Shown in pieces: positions 39,412 through 51,494 of a stretch of DNA of 64,000 nt. The first letter of the stretch is position 1, and every line of letters starts with the position of its first letter. The notes under the pieces are model-generated. The model saw nothing but the letters and a program-made list of their open reading frames with translations, was not told the origin of the DNA and did no database searches. The DNA is from Laetmonice hystrix. Lineage: Eukaryota. Location of the stretch: contig OZ249437.1 in the NCBI GenBank assembly GCA_965235115.1, forward strand, positions 5,022,001 through 5,086,000. The letters run 5' to 3'. A program made the translations under genes and the position numbers.

Positions 39412-40479
39412 ATAACCTGCCTCAGACATTCATTATAAATAAATAAATAATAAATGACCTTGGCCCTTCAAAGGACAAACCACAAGACCTCTCAAGCAAT
39501 GTTTTACACACGAAACCGTACGCGGTCTCAGAGTTCAAAATTACATAATTTGCAACAATATATACGTTTTATTAAGTCTCAAATGAAGGTAATTTCGAAT
39601 GAATTTCAAGTGGCTCTTCTGAATAATCAATTTTTGAGAACAAAAGTATTAACCTCATATGAAGGAGAACCAAGACGTATTGATTACTTAAACATACAAC
39701 AGTACTGGCATCATTTGAAATCACAGGATCTTTAAACCGTATTGCCACTTGTGTCCCTGCGGAAAGCTCGCCCCTTTCATCCCCTTCCGGACAGACACAT
39801 GTCTGCTGTGTCAACACACAAACAGAAATCCGCTGGTTTTTCTAACACCGCCACAAGCTTGTAGACAAACAAGGGTTCCCTTTTCTGTGCATTTTAAAAC
39901 TGTCATTTGAATTCTCAAGGTCTATACAACCAATTTGTGTTTACAGTTGTATAAGCTACAGGATGTTACATGAAAGCGACAACCAGTTGTAGTCCTACTG
40001 TACGTTCTTAAGACCATCCGTGAAGTGTTTACATTCGTGATGGCTTCAAATGGAGACGATACAGACCGCAATACACCCTGACCCTGTCTCTGCCTGGTCG
40101 CGGAAACTGATTATACAATTATACAACATATGCTATCATTTCTCTTTTCTCCAGCAGCAACTGCATTCATTTTAAATATAGATCAATTGCTAGAGGTTTG
40201 ATTTCCCGGCAGATTCGCTCCAAGCCTAACCTTGGGATAATAAATTTGACACCAGTGAGCCACCTTATGGTAATTCCACCACACATGTACACTACCTCAT
40301 GCTAATTTTACCACAAAAGTGATAAAATAAAAGTTAATTTGCAGCGCAGGAAATGCATATATCCCCCAAATTTATTTTGCTCATATTAATTGAAATAATA
40401 TTCCTATGGCAGCATGCTGGTTGGGAATAATTATGGAAATTTAATCCCAATTTATAATTATGTGCGCCTGGATGATGAA

Positions 40480-40822
40480 GCCGGTGTCGCGGTCTCAGAT
40501 CTCCGTGGTATTAGAACTCTAGGACGTTATCTGCATCGCCGTGTGTTCTAGTCTAACTATCCGAAATATCAGCTCTCAGTTGAGTCACACGTAATAACTC
40601 TCATCTCCTCTACGATACTTGGTTTACAGTTTACCTATCCAGACTGTCCTTTAGTCTTGTTTGGAAGAAAACTCCACCGCCCATCAGGTAGCAGACGACC
40701 GGAGGTGTGAGCCCAAACAGCGACTCGCGCGTGCTCACTTAGTCAGATATAGCATCTAAACAATAGGAAACCATGCCCCCGGAGTTCTGAGACCAACGGA
40801 GATCTGAGACCGCGACACCGGC
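40480..40822. mobile_element. 343-bp MITE-like element with long terminal inverted repeats
   Basis: gccggtgtcgcggtctcagatctccg (26 bp) is perfectly inverted at the right end, extending imperfectly to ~41 bp; no ORF and no clear TSD. Confidence 0.75.
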
Positions 40823-42205
40823 GGAGTTTTTCTAACCGTGAACAAACTGATCATGATGTTGGTGAACAGACTGTTCACCTGTGACCCATCTCTCCTTTCC
40901 ATGAAGTCACAGCTAAACAAACCTTTTATTTCCCAACTCTACAAGTTGTGATGACATACAGAGGATGACCCGTGGAGGTTGTGTGGACCACAGACGACCA
41001 AACACCATGATATGCCACACAGAGAGCCGACCACCCATGTTCACACGTTCCCTGCCGTGATATGTCACCCCAATCAACACGATACTCCACAACTCCACCG
41101 TCAACTCCCTACATACGTCTCATATTCCGAACTCATAATGGCCAGAAATACTCGCTGTTTATAGTAACCGATATATAAACACAGACAGAAAATAATGAGG
41201 ACTAGATATTATAATAGAGATTCCATCAGGGGACATAATCTAACAAAATATCAAAATCTTCAATCACCCACTTACTGTGTATATATGTTTGTTAATATGG
41301 AATTGGCAACCATAACTACCTGCATGGAAACACATTTATGTTAATATAATTAGTTAAAGTCAATGACATCATTAAATGGTGCACGTTTTCCCCGACAATA
41401 AATCCCATCAGTTTAACATCATCTGTCTCGATCGTCTGCCGGTCATTATGTCGTCACAGACTGACACATTTAATACGTCGGCTTATGACTTTCAGAAAAA
41501 AGGCTACGTTAAAAAAAGTATTAATGTATCAATAAAATGACTGAGGGAATTTGACCTTTTGACCTTGATACTGGGAGGCGCATGGATCTGGAATCAATGA
41601 GCAATTACTGGGTCTGGTGACAGTTGCTCGCCGAGGTCAGACTTCAATTGTGATTAATGAATATTGATACATGTACATAATGATAGTAGAGAGATTTCCC
41701 AACTGTCATCAGCCCCAAACCTACTAATACACTGTAAGCAGGATATATACGGCACCCAATCAGCCCATATATATGAGAAAGACGTGGATTTAGTTTCGCA
41801 ATATTATAAAATTATAAAATATTATAAAATTACAATATTATATTATATTTCGCAATATTATAAAATTTGTGAACTATCAGTCCCTATATATTTTCCGTGA
41901 CATTAAATTTGAACTTAAGAATTTTTTATCAACCCATTTATAAAGAGGAACAACGAGTTTTTTAATAAACCGTCAAGTGTTTCGAGAATACCTGCAGCAC
42001 CCACCATTTTCACGGTCCAGGTTTTCACCCTATAACAGAATAGAGACAGTACTTATAGGTCAGTGTTAGGACGATCCCATTAACACCCAGCTGGACCTCA
42101 CTTTAGAGAACCCTAGCCAATCCAGGTCAGTGACCTCTCATTTTTATCGTACAGGACCCGTTGGTGGTGCTTGACCTTGACCCCACCAGCTGCAGACCCT
42201 CGCAT

Positions 42206-44233
42206 TGAGACATTTAACAATAGTCTGGGCGAAGGGGGAGGGTCACTACTTTCTATTTTGATACAAGTTCCTTTCATCTGTGCTGACATTCAGAGATTGT
42301 GGTTATTTTCGCCCCCTCTCTCAGCCACGTCCCGATGAATGAATAGGCCATATGTTAATTGTTCCTATTTAACCATCGGCCTTCCTGCCTCTATTAACTA
42401 AATCGGACATGTATAATAAAAGGGCTCACAACTGGTTTAAAGCTTCAAACTAAAGCCCGCAATAAGATGGGATTATGGACCAAATACCATGGCTAATATA
42501 TTGCTTCCTTGCCTCATTGTGTCGCCTTATTCCGCTGTTTACCGTAAACTTGACGATAACTATCATTTCGTAGACGAATAACTACATAGCAGTATTTTAC
42601 AGCTATTTTGACCTGAACAACGTGTTTTTGCTGTTTTTGCTTTTTGTTTTTGAATTATGACTCCTCAGTCAGGCCATGTAATCTATATGTGGGCATATGC
42701 CATGTCCGAATTACGAGTCAGTTCTACAACATACCTGGGAGGTCTACACTAGCATGTCATCATCATGTCTACATCTCGACCGACACGTCTACACCCTGCC
42801 GAGCAGTTCATAGGAAGTTTATTGTACCAATATTAGAGTCTTTCTCCACGATTTCTGCCAGACAGTAAGCCGCCAGTGACATATCGTCTGACATTATGTG
42901 ACGTATGGTAGTCGTCATGACTACCCGCGACACGGCGCCGAAATGCGGCCGTGTATGTACATAAATTATAGGTCATTCCAGTATAGGCTTATTAGAAATC
43001 TTCATATAATGGCAGAGTGACGCTTTAATCTACACCTTCCAGTATAGCACTATAAGAAACTTAGCATAGTGACGCTTTAATCTAAACCACTTCAGGTAGT
43101 AGTAGAAATCCCTATATATTTATTATAATCCAGCATAATGACGTTAAATCTAAAGTAATGTCCTGACAATGTCGGAACGATTGATTTACCGTTACTTTTA
43201 GTACCTTAAGGGACGAATGATATATTATGTCACGTATTTAAGTAATTAACCCAAGCTTTAGTAGCTATCTCCTTTCATTGTTCCTTTTATTACGTGAAAT
43301 AAACGTGCGAACTCATATTTTCTTGATTTATAGTCATAGAGGATGTCTGACTGAATATAATAATGTGTTGTTTCTATTTTCTTTTTTTCGTAGTTTATGC
43401 CTGCATCACTTCTTCATTTTTCAGTTCATATCTGTTTTATGTTTCGGACAAAATAATACCTAAATCTATGGTTTTAAAGAAGTCGGATGACATTTTTTCA
43501 GCAACTGGTGCCCCCCCCCCCTCCCCCACCAAACCTCCCACACATCGCCTTGCCCCCCACCCCACCCCTTCGCTCCATCAAAAGCCGTACCGTGCGGTCA
43601 GTGCCCCCTAGTGGCAGCAGCGGACACGACGCCACCCCACGCGCGGCTCAATAAGTCACGTGCCGACATTGAGGCCGTCCTCAGCCGACACATAAACCAC
43701 CACATCTGTTTTGTCAGCTTTCACGGCCCCAGAAGTGGCCATGACATCAACCATCTTCACTCTGAAACACGTGGTGCATGGTCGGTTTGTCCTATACTGC
43801 CCCATATATCTATATCCCTTTATACAGATCCTTATAATTTCGCATAATGATGTAACATAATAACCATCATGATGAGCCTATAATGACAGTTAGGGAATCT
43901 CTAAAATGCAAAATTAAATACGACACTGCAAATATTAGTTTTCTGTATATGTATACCGTCAGCTGTTGGAGACTTGCATCAGGCCTCCATAGGGCTAACT
44001 TATGACGAAATGCCTTATTAGAATTAAAGGACTCCAGATCATAAGTAAAAATGTTCTTACTTATAGGTCTACAAACAGGCATATTGCAACTGTTCTAACT
44101 ACAACTATTTGCCTGAATAATACCGGGTGATTACTTGGTGAGTCCTGGTTGGTATGTATTGGGATTTCCTCAACTGTAAAGACACCCGCGGCCTATACAT
44201 TGCCCCAGAAGAGATACAGTGGAGAGGACAATG
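42206..44233. repeat. 2.03-kb tandem duplication, copy 1
   Basis: Repeated at offset 2026-2027; the ORF-track translations are identical (e.g. 42644 vs 44670, 43867 vs 45894). Confidence 0.97.
43599..43617 (-). promoter_or_regulatory. CTCF-type motif
   Basis: Minus strand CTGCCACTAGGGGGCACTG matches the CCAsyAGrkGGCrs core. Confidence 0.55.
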
Positions 44234-46260
44234 AGACATTTAACAATAGTCTGGGCGAAGGGGGAGGGTCACTACTTTCTATTTTGATACAAGTTCCTTT
44301 CATCTGTGCTGACATTCAGAGATTGTGGTTATTTTCGCCCCCTCTCTCAGCCACGTCCCGATGAATGAATAGGCCATATGTTAATTGTTCCTATTTAACC
44401 ATCGGCCTTCCTGCCTCTATTAACTAAATCGGACATGTATAATAAAAGGGCTCACAACTGGTTTAAAGCTTCAAACTAAAGCCCGCAATAAGATGGGATT
44501 ATGGACCAAATACCATGGCTAATATATTGCTTCCTTGCCTCATTGTGTCGCCTTATTCCGCTGTTTACCGTAAACTTGACGATAACTATCATTTCGTAGA
44601 CGAATAACTACATAGCAGTATTTTACAGCTATTTTGACCTGAACAACGTGTTTTTGCTGTTTTTGCTTTTTGTTTTTGAATTATGACTCCTCAGTCAGGC
44701 CATGTAATCTATATGTGGGCATATGCCATGTCCGAATTACGAGTCAGTTCTACAACATACCTGGGAGGTCTACACTAGCATGTCATCATCATGTCTACAT
44801 CTCGACCGACACGTCTACACCCTGCCGAGCAGTTCATAGGAAGTTTATTGTACCAATATTAGAGTCTTTCTCCACGATTTCTGCCAGACAGTAAGCCGCC
44901 AGTGACATATCGTCTGACATTATGTGACGTATGGTAGTCGTCATGACTACCCGCGACACGGCGCCGAAATGCGGCCGTGTATGTACATAAATTATAGGTC
45001 ATTCCAGTATAGGCTTATTAGAAATCTTCATATAATGGCAGAGTGACGCTTTAATCTACACCTTCCAGTATAGCACTATAAGAAACTTAGCATAGTGACG
45101 CTTTAATCTAAACCACTTCAGGTAGTAGTAGAAATCCCTATATATTTATTATAATCCAGCATAATGACGTTAAATCTAAAGTAATGTCCTGACAATGTCG
45201 GAACGATTGATTTACCGTTACTTTTAGTACCTTAAGGGACGAATGATATATTATGTCACGTATTTAAGTAATTAACCCAAGCTTTAGTAGCTATCTCCTT
45301 TCATTGTTCCTTTTATTACGTGAAATAAACGTGCGAACTCATATTTTCTTGATTTATAGTCATAGAGGATGTCTGACTGAATATAATAATGTGTTGTTTC
45401 TATTTTCTTTTTTTCGTAGTTTATGCCTGCATCACTTCTTCATTTTTCAGTTCATATCTGTTTTATGTTTCGGACAAAATAATACCTAAATCTATGGTTT
45501 TAAAGAAGTCGGATGACATTTTTTCAGCAACTGGTGCCCCCCCCCCCCTCCCCCACCAAACCTCCCACACATCGCCTTGCCCCCCACCCCACCCCTTCGC
45601 TCCATCAAAAGCCGTACCGTGCGGTCAGTGCCCCCTAGTGGCAGCAGCGGACACGACGCCACCCCACGCGCGGCTCAATAAGTCACGTGCCGACATTGAG
45701 GCCGTCCTCAGCCGACACATAAACCACCACATCTGTTTTGTCAGCTTTCACGGCCCCAGAAGTGGCCATGACATCAACCATCTTCACTCTGAAACACGTG
45801 GTGCATGGTCGGTTTGTCCTATACTGCCCCATATATCTATATCCCTTTATACAGATCCTTATAATTTCGCATAATGATGTAACATAATAACCATCATGAT
45901 GAGCCTATAATGACAGTTAGGGAATCTCTAAAATGCAAAATTAAATACGACACTGCAAATATTAGTTTTCTGTATATGTATACCGTCAGCTGTTGGAGAC
46001 TTGCATCAGGCCTCCATAGGGCTAACTTATGACGAAATGCCTTATTAGAATTAAAGGACTCCAGATCATAAGTAAAAATGTTCTTACTTATAGGTCTACA
46101 AACAGGCATATTGCAACTGTTCTAACTACAACTATTTGCCTGAATAATACCGGGTGATTACTTGGTGAGTCCTGGTTGGTATGTATTGGGATTTCCTCAA
46201 CTGTAAAGACACCCGCGGCCTATACATTGCCCCAGAAGAGATACAGTGGAGAGGACAATG
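44232..46260. repeat. 2.03-kb tandem duplication, copy 2
   Basis: Only difference seen is C11 vs C12 at ~43511/45537; the junction shares TG. Confidence 0.97.
45626..45644 (-). promoter_or_regulatory. CTCF-type motif (duplicated copy)
   Basis: Same motif in duplication copy 2. Confidence 0.55.
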
Positions 46261-46838
46261 TATCGACTAGTTGAGAGTACCAACCGTTGTCAATGTCAGT
46301 ACCAGGGCATCCCCCTTTACTCTGTCCCAATCCTCTCACATACTCTTGACAACTCTGGGTTTACTCAACCCTGTTGCTAACACTAGTCAGGCCCACAATG
46401 TACCGGCTTGGATGCACCAGTTTCCTCCGTTTAATGGCAACTTTCCTCTGCCCACAGTTTGGGGTGACCTCGGCGCATCCTTCAACAGCAGTAGCAGTAG
46501 CAGCAGCAGCAGCAGCAGATAAATGGTGTCAAGAACATAAAGAAGGTATTTCAAAAGTTATAGGCCAGACCCAGGCCCAGGCAGCCGGGTCTGGTCAGAG
46601 ACAGAAGAAGCATCACAACTCTGGTCTAACAGGGCCAAAGACATTGGTGAATTTCTATAACATCGTCATATAAAACTCTGTTCAACCATGAGAAGTTTGT
46701 GGGTAATATTTGGTAAATAGTATATGCTATCTATCCTCCTCCTTCTGGATTATCATTGGATAAGGCGACGTTTACAAGATCTTTAAAAGACAGAAATCGG
46801 CGCATTTGATATTTATCCGAGTGAGGTTAGTTTTGTAT

Positions 46839-47144
46839 ACCTCACGTAACGTAGACCCTTTTCTTGTAGACAACCTCACGTAACGTAGACCCTTTTCTTG
46901 TAGACAACCTCACGTAACGTAGACCCTTTTCTTGTAGACAACCTCACGTAACGTAGACCCTTTTCTTGTAGACAACCTCACGTAACGTAGACCCCTTTCA
47001 TGTAGACAACCTCACGTAACGTAGACCCTTTTCTTGTAGACAACCTCACGTAACGTAGACCCCTTTCATGTAGACAACCTCATGTAACGTAGACCCTTTT
47101 CTTGTAGACAACCTCACGTAACGTAGACCCCTTTCATGTAGACA
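46839..47144. repeat. 34-bp minisatellite x9
   Basis: Unit acctcacgtaacgtagaccc(t/c)tttc(t/a)tgtagaca. Confidence 0.97.
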
Positions 47145-47524
47145 GACTGGCTCTACCTCTTCATCTACTTCCTCTATACATGTATCGACATCATGAATGT
47201 TATGTTTACACCGCTTTGCTTGGACGCACTCCAACCTACAGACTCAAATATTTATACAAAAAAATAAAAATAAAACAATAAAAAATACATGTTATGCCGT
47301 GTTCTGTTGTATTACTAACAATGCGTTGTTTTATGTGCCCTATCATGAACTTGCACTTAAACTGAACTCGATTATCTTTACGTTGGTAATTGTAGTCTGC
47401 ACGCTATGTTTTTTCACCTTTAATGTGCCGCTTCCTATTTCTAAATCAAATGATTCGTCCCTTCAATCAGGGTTCCAAACACGGCTGATTTCAGAGCTAT
47501 TGTCGCTATGAAATCTGAGACCAA

Positions 47525-47643
47525 GGCCCTGTCGTACAAACTTAACTTGCTTCTTATTGGCTGGACGAATCAGACCAACCAATCAGTAGCGTTGAGCTTA
47601 AGCTTAAGCTTAAGCAAGATCACAAACTTGTACAAACTGGGCC
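47525..47643. mobile_element. 119-bp MITE, PIF/Harbinger-like termini
   Basis: Imperfect TIR GGCCCtGTcGTACAA ... TTGTACAAACTGGGCC flanked by CAA on both sides (possible 3-bp TSD); internal ATTGG/CCAAT boxes and AAGCTT repeats. Confidence 0.55.
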
Positions 47644-48762
47644 CAAAACTCCCTCCTCGATTTGTCTGTCTGTGTCAAGTTAATTCTACTCCTAATTCTG
47701 ACCAAGTCGAGTTACCTAAATCAAAGTATGTCTCTGGATTTCCTTTTCAAATTAAATCATTTCCGTGCCACCCTTTTTGACAGTCTACAGTCACACAGTC
47801 CATTTCAGAACCTCGTGATTGAGAGCCATATTATCAGGAGAAATGGGTCAGACGTTTTTTTTTTCTGAGGCCCTCTCCTGCCACTTTTCTTGATGGTTTA
47901 TACCCGCCTGTCGGGTAGTCATACAAGTGACAGCCAAGCCCAGGCATGCTCCATTAAACAGACTGAACAGGCACAGGTAGGAGAGAGATCGTTGTTCCAC
48001 TTCACCCTAAAACCACATTTGTCCTCAGGGCCACGTGAAATATCCTGCTGTTTTTTTTACCACGGTCTGCAGTGGTAGTTTTATGGACGTCCATTTTAAC
48101 GTCAAGAACCCCTCCAAGTCATCGCCCCCGGGCACCCACGAATGATTCTAGAGTTCAGCCCCATAACCTACCACCAGTATATGACCCAGCCCACAGACAT
48201 AATGTGTGAACATAACATTTGCAAGAGTCACTCTGCACCTGTATATGACCCATCTCTAATAAACTCAACCGTTGTCGCCTGGAGCAATCGATTTCCTAGC
48301 ACTGTCAGAGACGAACGATTGCTGTAAGTCACCGGTTAAATTGTCGGGTAAAGAAGTCGCTCCCGCGGGAGCCTCTCATACGAATTTATTTAGCTCCTGA
48401 GAACTGGTATGTCTCTGCGACAGCTTTGAAACAGCATTGTCCTGTTTTCACCCTCTCCAAGTTGACCGGTCCGTCTGGCTTTAGAGTGATGCAGTAATTG
48501 TAAGGTCGAACTTTTGATTTTGGTTTCAAATTGCAACATAATCCACGTGCAATACTTATATAGCATGTAATTCTTAAATCCTTGAAGAAAGGGGGTCTTA
48601 ATTCGGAAATGTGCCAAGGTTTGCCTGACTTCCCTCAAGGCCAGGCACCTACAAAACCTTTGTTCAGTTCGTGCATCCAGCCCATAGGTCCCTTTGATCT
48701 TTGAATATCCCTCCGCCACAGGAATAATGTTAGAGACTAATACAATGTATTTTAATCTTTTT

Positions 48763-49120
48763 NNNNNNNNNNNNNNNNNNNNNNNNNNNNNNNNNNNNNN
48801 NNNNNNNNNNNNNNNNNNNNNNNNNNNNNNNNNNNNNNNNNNNNNNNNNNNNNNNNNNNNNNNNNNNNNNNNNNNNNNNNNNNNNNNNNNNNNNNNNNNN
48901 NNNNNNNNNNNAAGAGAGAGGGGGGAGAGAGANNNNNNNNNNNNNNNNNNNNNNNNNNNNNNNNNNNNNNNNNNNNNNNNNNNNNNNNNNNNNNNNNNNN
49001 NNNNNNNNNNNNNNNNNNNNNNNNNNNNNNNNNNNNNNNNNNNNNNNNNNNNNNNNNNNNNNNNNNNNNNNNNNNNNNNNNNNNNNNNNNNNNNNNNNNN
49101 NNNNNNNNNNNNNNNNNNNN
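48763..49120. other. N-run (149 + 188 N) around a 21-bp AG-rich island
   Basis: Ns at 48763-48911 and 48933-49120; island aagagagaggggggagagaga. Confidence 0.98.
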
Positions 49121-50155
49121 TTTCATGTTATGTCATATACGGTCAAATGAGGGCATGTCATGGCAGTGACAGGTCTGAACAGCTTTTCCACGACGACCTC
49201 TACACGGGTGCACGTGCAACAGATATTATGCCTGAAATTCTCATAAATGTCTGCCTATTATTTAAATTATAGCTTCAAACTAATTCCCACCTGTTCTTCC
49301 TGCATACATGAGGTGTTTCGTCAACATCGTTATGACGTGTGGTCATCTAAGTATATTTTGATATGATCATGCTGAAGGCAACAACAATTAGCAATATACA
49401 AACACCATAATTTGGCACACCTACCGCCAATCGACCCAAGCTACCGAGAGCTGGCAAGGACTTGACAATGTGACATTATGTAATTATATCCCAGTATAAT
49501 AATACCTGACACAGAGTTCAAGGTCATAGGTGACTGACCCTACCAACATGAAAACTGTGAAATACATGTTAAATTTCGTCAAACATTTAATAAAATTCTT
49601 ATTCTTCTTTTCTGTCGATTATTACCTTCAGAGCACAATCCTAGATTATCACTCAGGGAATCACACCATCAGTTGCCATGTTTCTGACCTAGAATCAGAA
49701 CTAGGGCCAGTGAGTCACTGTAGGAAAAGAAGCGTTGTCTGAACAACAGGTGTTGACAGTGTCAGACATAACGATGTCATCCCAGACTGTGGGAAACGCT
49801 CCAGGTATCAAAGCACACGGCAGATCAACAAACCAACAGTAATCCTAACACAGGTGACACATGCATGTTGGACGAGTCACTCTGAGACATTGTGGGAATC
49901 TCTTCTTCTTTTTTAAGCTTTGAGCTGGCAAGGTGCCAAGGAAATAAAACCTTATGTTTAACGTTATCGGACACCATTGTCTCGTAAATAGACAAGTCGG
50001 TCGGCAGTGTGGCCCAGATACCGGTGGCTGGCAATCAGGGTGGCTGTGACGTGGTAGAATTCTACAGGAAATCTTGGGGGATTGCAAACGTTCACCATCC
50101 ATTTAAATATCACCTTATACCTACATCTTTCAATTCTTCTATACCCTTCTCATGC

Positions 50156-50579
50156 ATGATCACTTCAACTGTTCTAATGATCACTTCAACTGTTCTAATG
50201 ATCACTTCAACTGTTCTAATGATCACTGCAACTGTTCTAATGATCACTTCAACTGTTCTAATGATCACTTCAACTGTTCTAATGATCACTGCAACTGTTC
50301 TAATGATCACTGCAACTGTTCTAATGATCACTGCAACTGTTCTAATGATCACTGCAACTGTTCTAATGATCACTTCAACTGTTCTAATGATCACTTCAAC
50401 TGTTCTAATCATCACTTCAACTGTTCTAATGATCACTGCAACTATTCTAATGATCACTGCAACTGTTCTAATGATCACTGCAACTGTTCTAATGATCACT
50501 GCAACTGTTCTAATGATCACTTCAACTGTTCTAATGATCACTTCAACTGTTCTAATGATCACTGCAACTGTTCTAATGA
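50156..50579. repeat. 21-bp minisatellite x20
   Basis: Unit atgatcact(t/g)caactgttcta. Confidence 0.98.
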
Positions 50580-50581
50580 CA

Positions 50582-50690
50582 GGGCCCTGTTCTTCAAATC
50601 TTACATGCTTGCTAAAGCTAAAGCAGACCTGCTAATCAAAAGCGTTAAACTTAAGTTTATCGGCTACAAGAACTTAAGTTTCTTGCTATT
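50582..50690. mobile_element. Degenerate MITE fragment, same family as 47525 and 51312
   Basis: Begins GGGCCCTGTT and contains gctaatcaaaagcgttaa and cttaag motifs. Confidence 0.35.
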
Positions 50691-51311
50691 GTTGGGGGTT
50701 TTTGCTACACATGGATTCCCTGTAGATCGCTTTAAGTATTTAATCACTGCATAATATAATATACATGCAGGTGGAAATAGGTAAACTGGCATGAAACCTT
50801 CACCATTGCAACATGATGCTCAATATTTCATGGGTAATTTTAGATTAGCATGTTGACGATGATAGTTAGCATGAGTAAATTATGTCTAACTCTAATTTAT
50901 ACATGACACGCGTTTCCACTCTCCCAACACATGCACATACACGCAACATAGTGGGGCCTACATATACGTTAATAACTGCCTGCTGTACACAGTTATGTGT
51001 GTACTACACACAGTAAACTAAGTAAACACAACCCATCATTCAACAATACGTATCCACAATACGATCTGCTACCACAACCTCCTCCCTAGTCACGTTATAC
51101 CTGTGTTTTCTCCCGCAATACTTTCAGTACGTAAACAAATCATATTTTCTCGTGCTAAGACAGCTCCGTGCGTGACGCCTGTGATTACGGTCCCGTACGC
51201 AACACACCTGAGGGGGGGGGGGGTCGGGTTGTTGCTAGGGTAACTAGGTGCTCCGTGTGTGAACGCAGGGTGGATTCTATAAACTGAGTGTCCAGTAACA
51301 GTGTTCACATA

Positions 51312-51437
51312 TTAAGTTCTTGCTTAAGATTAAGCTTAACGCTTCTGAGCTTAACGCTTCTGATTGGCTGGTCTAACCAGACCTGCCAATCAGAAGCGTT
51401 AATCCTGAGCAAGGACTTAAGTTTAAGAGATGGGTCC
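51312..51437. mobile_element. Palindromic MITE-like element
   Basis: Perfect 18-bp inverted repeat ttaacgcttctgattggc (51351-51368) / gccaatcagaagcgttaa (51385-51402), imperfect outer arms, ends GGGTCC. Confidence 0.55.
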
Positions 51438-51494
51438 CCATCACCTGTGAACACCTGGCATAACGTAATCTTCGCGTGGAAGATGTCATAGGCC

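Noticed and set aside
49960-50060. ABC ATPase H-loop-like TLIASHR...ADRLVYLRDNG
   Set aside because: No Walker B or signature motif upstream; too short to distinguish from chance.
50009-50754. Cys/Asn (NDHFNCS) and hydrophobic repeat ORFs
   Set aside because: Products of a 21-bp repeat, open on both strands at once.
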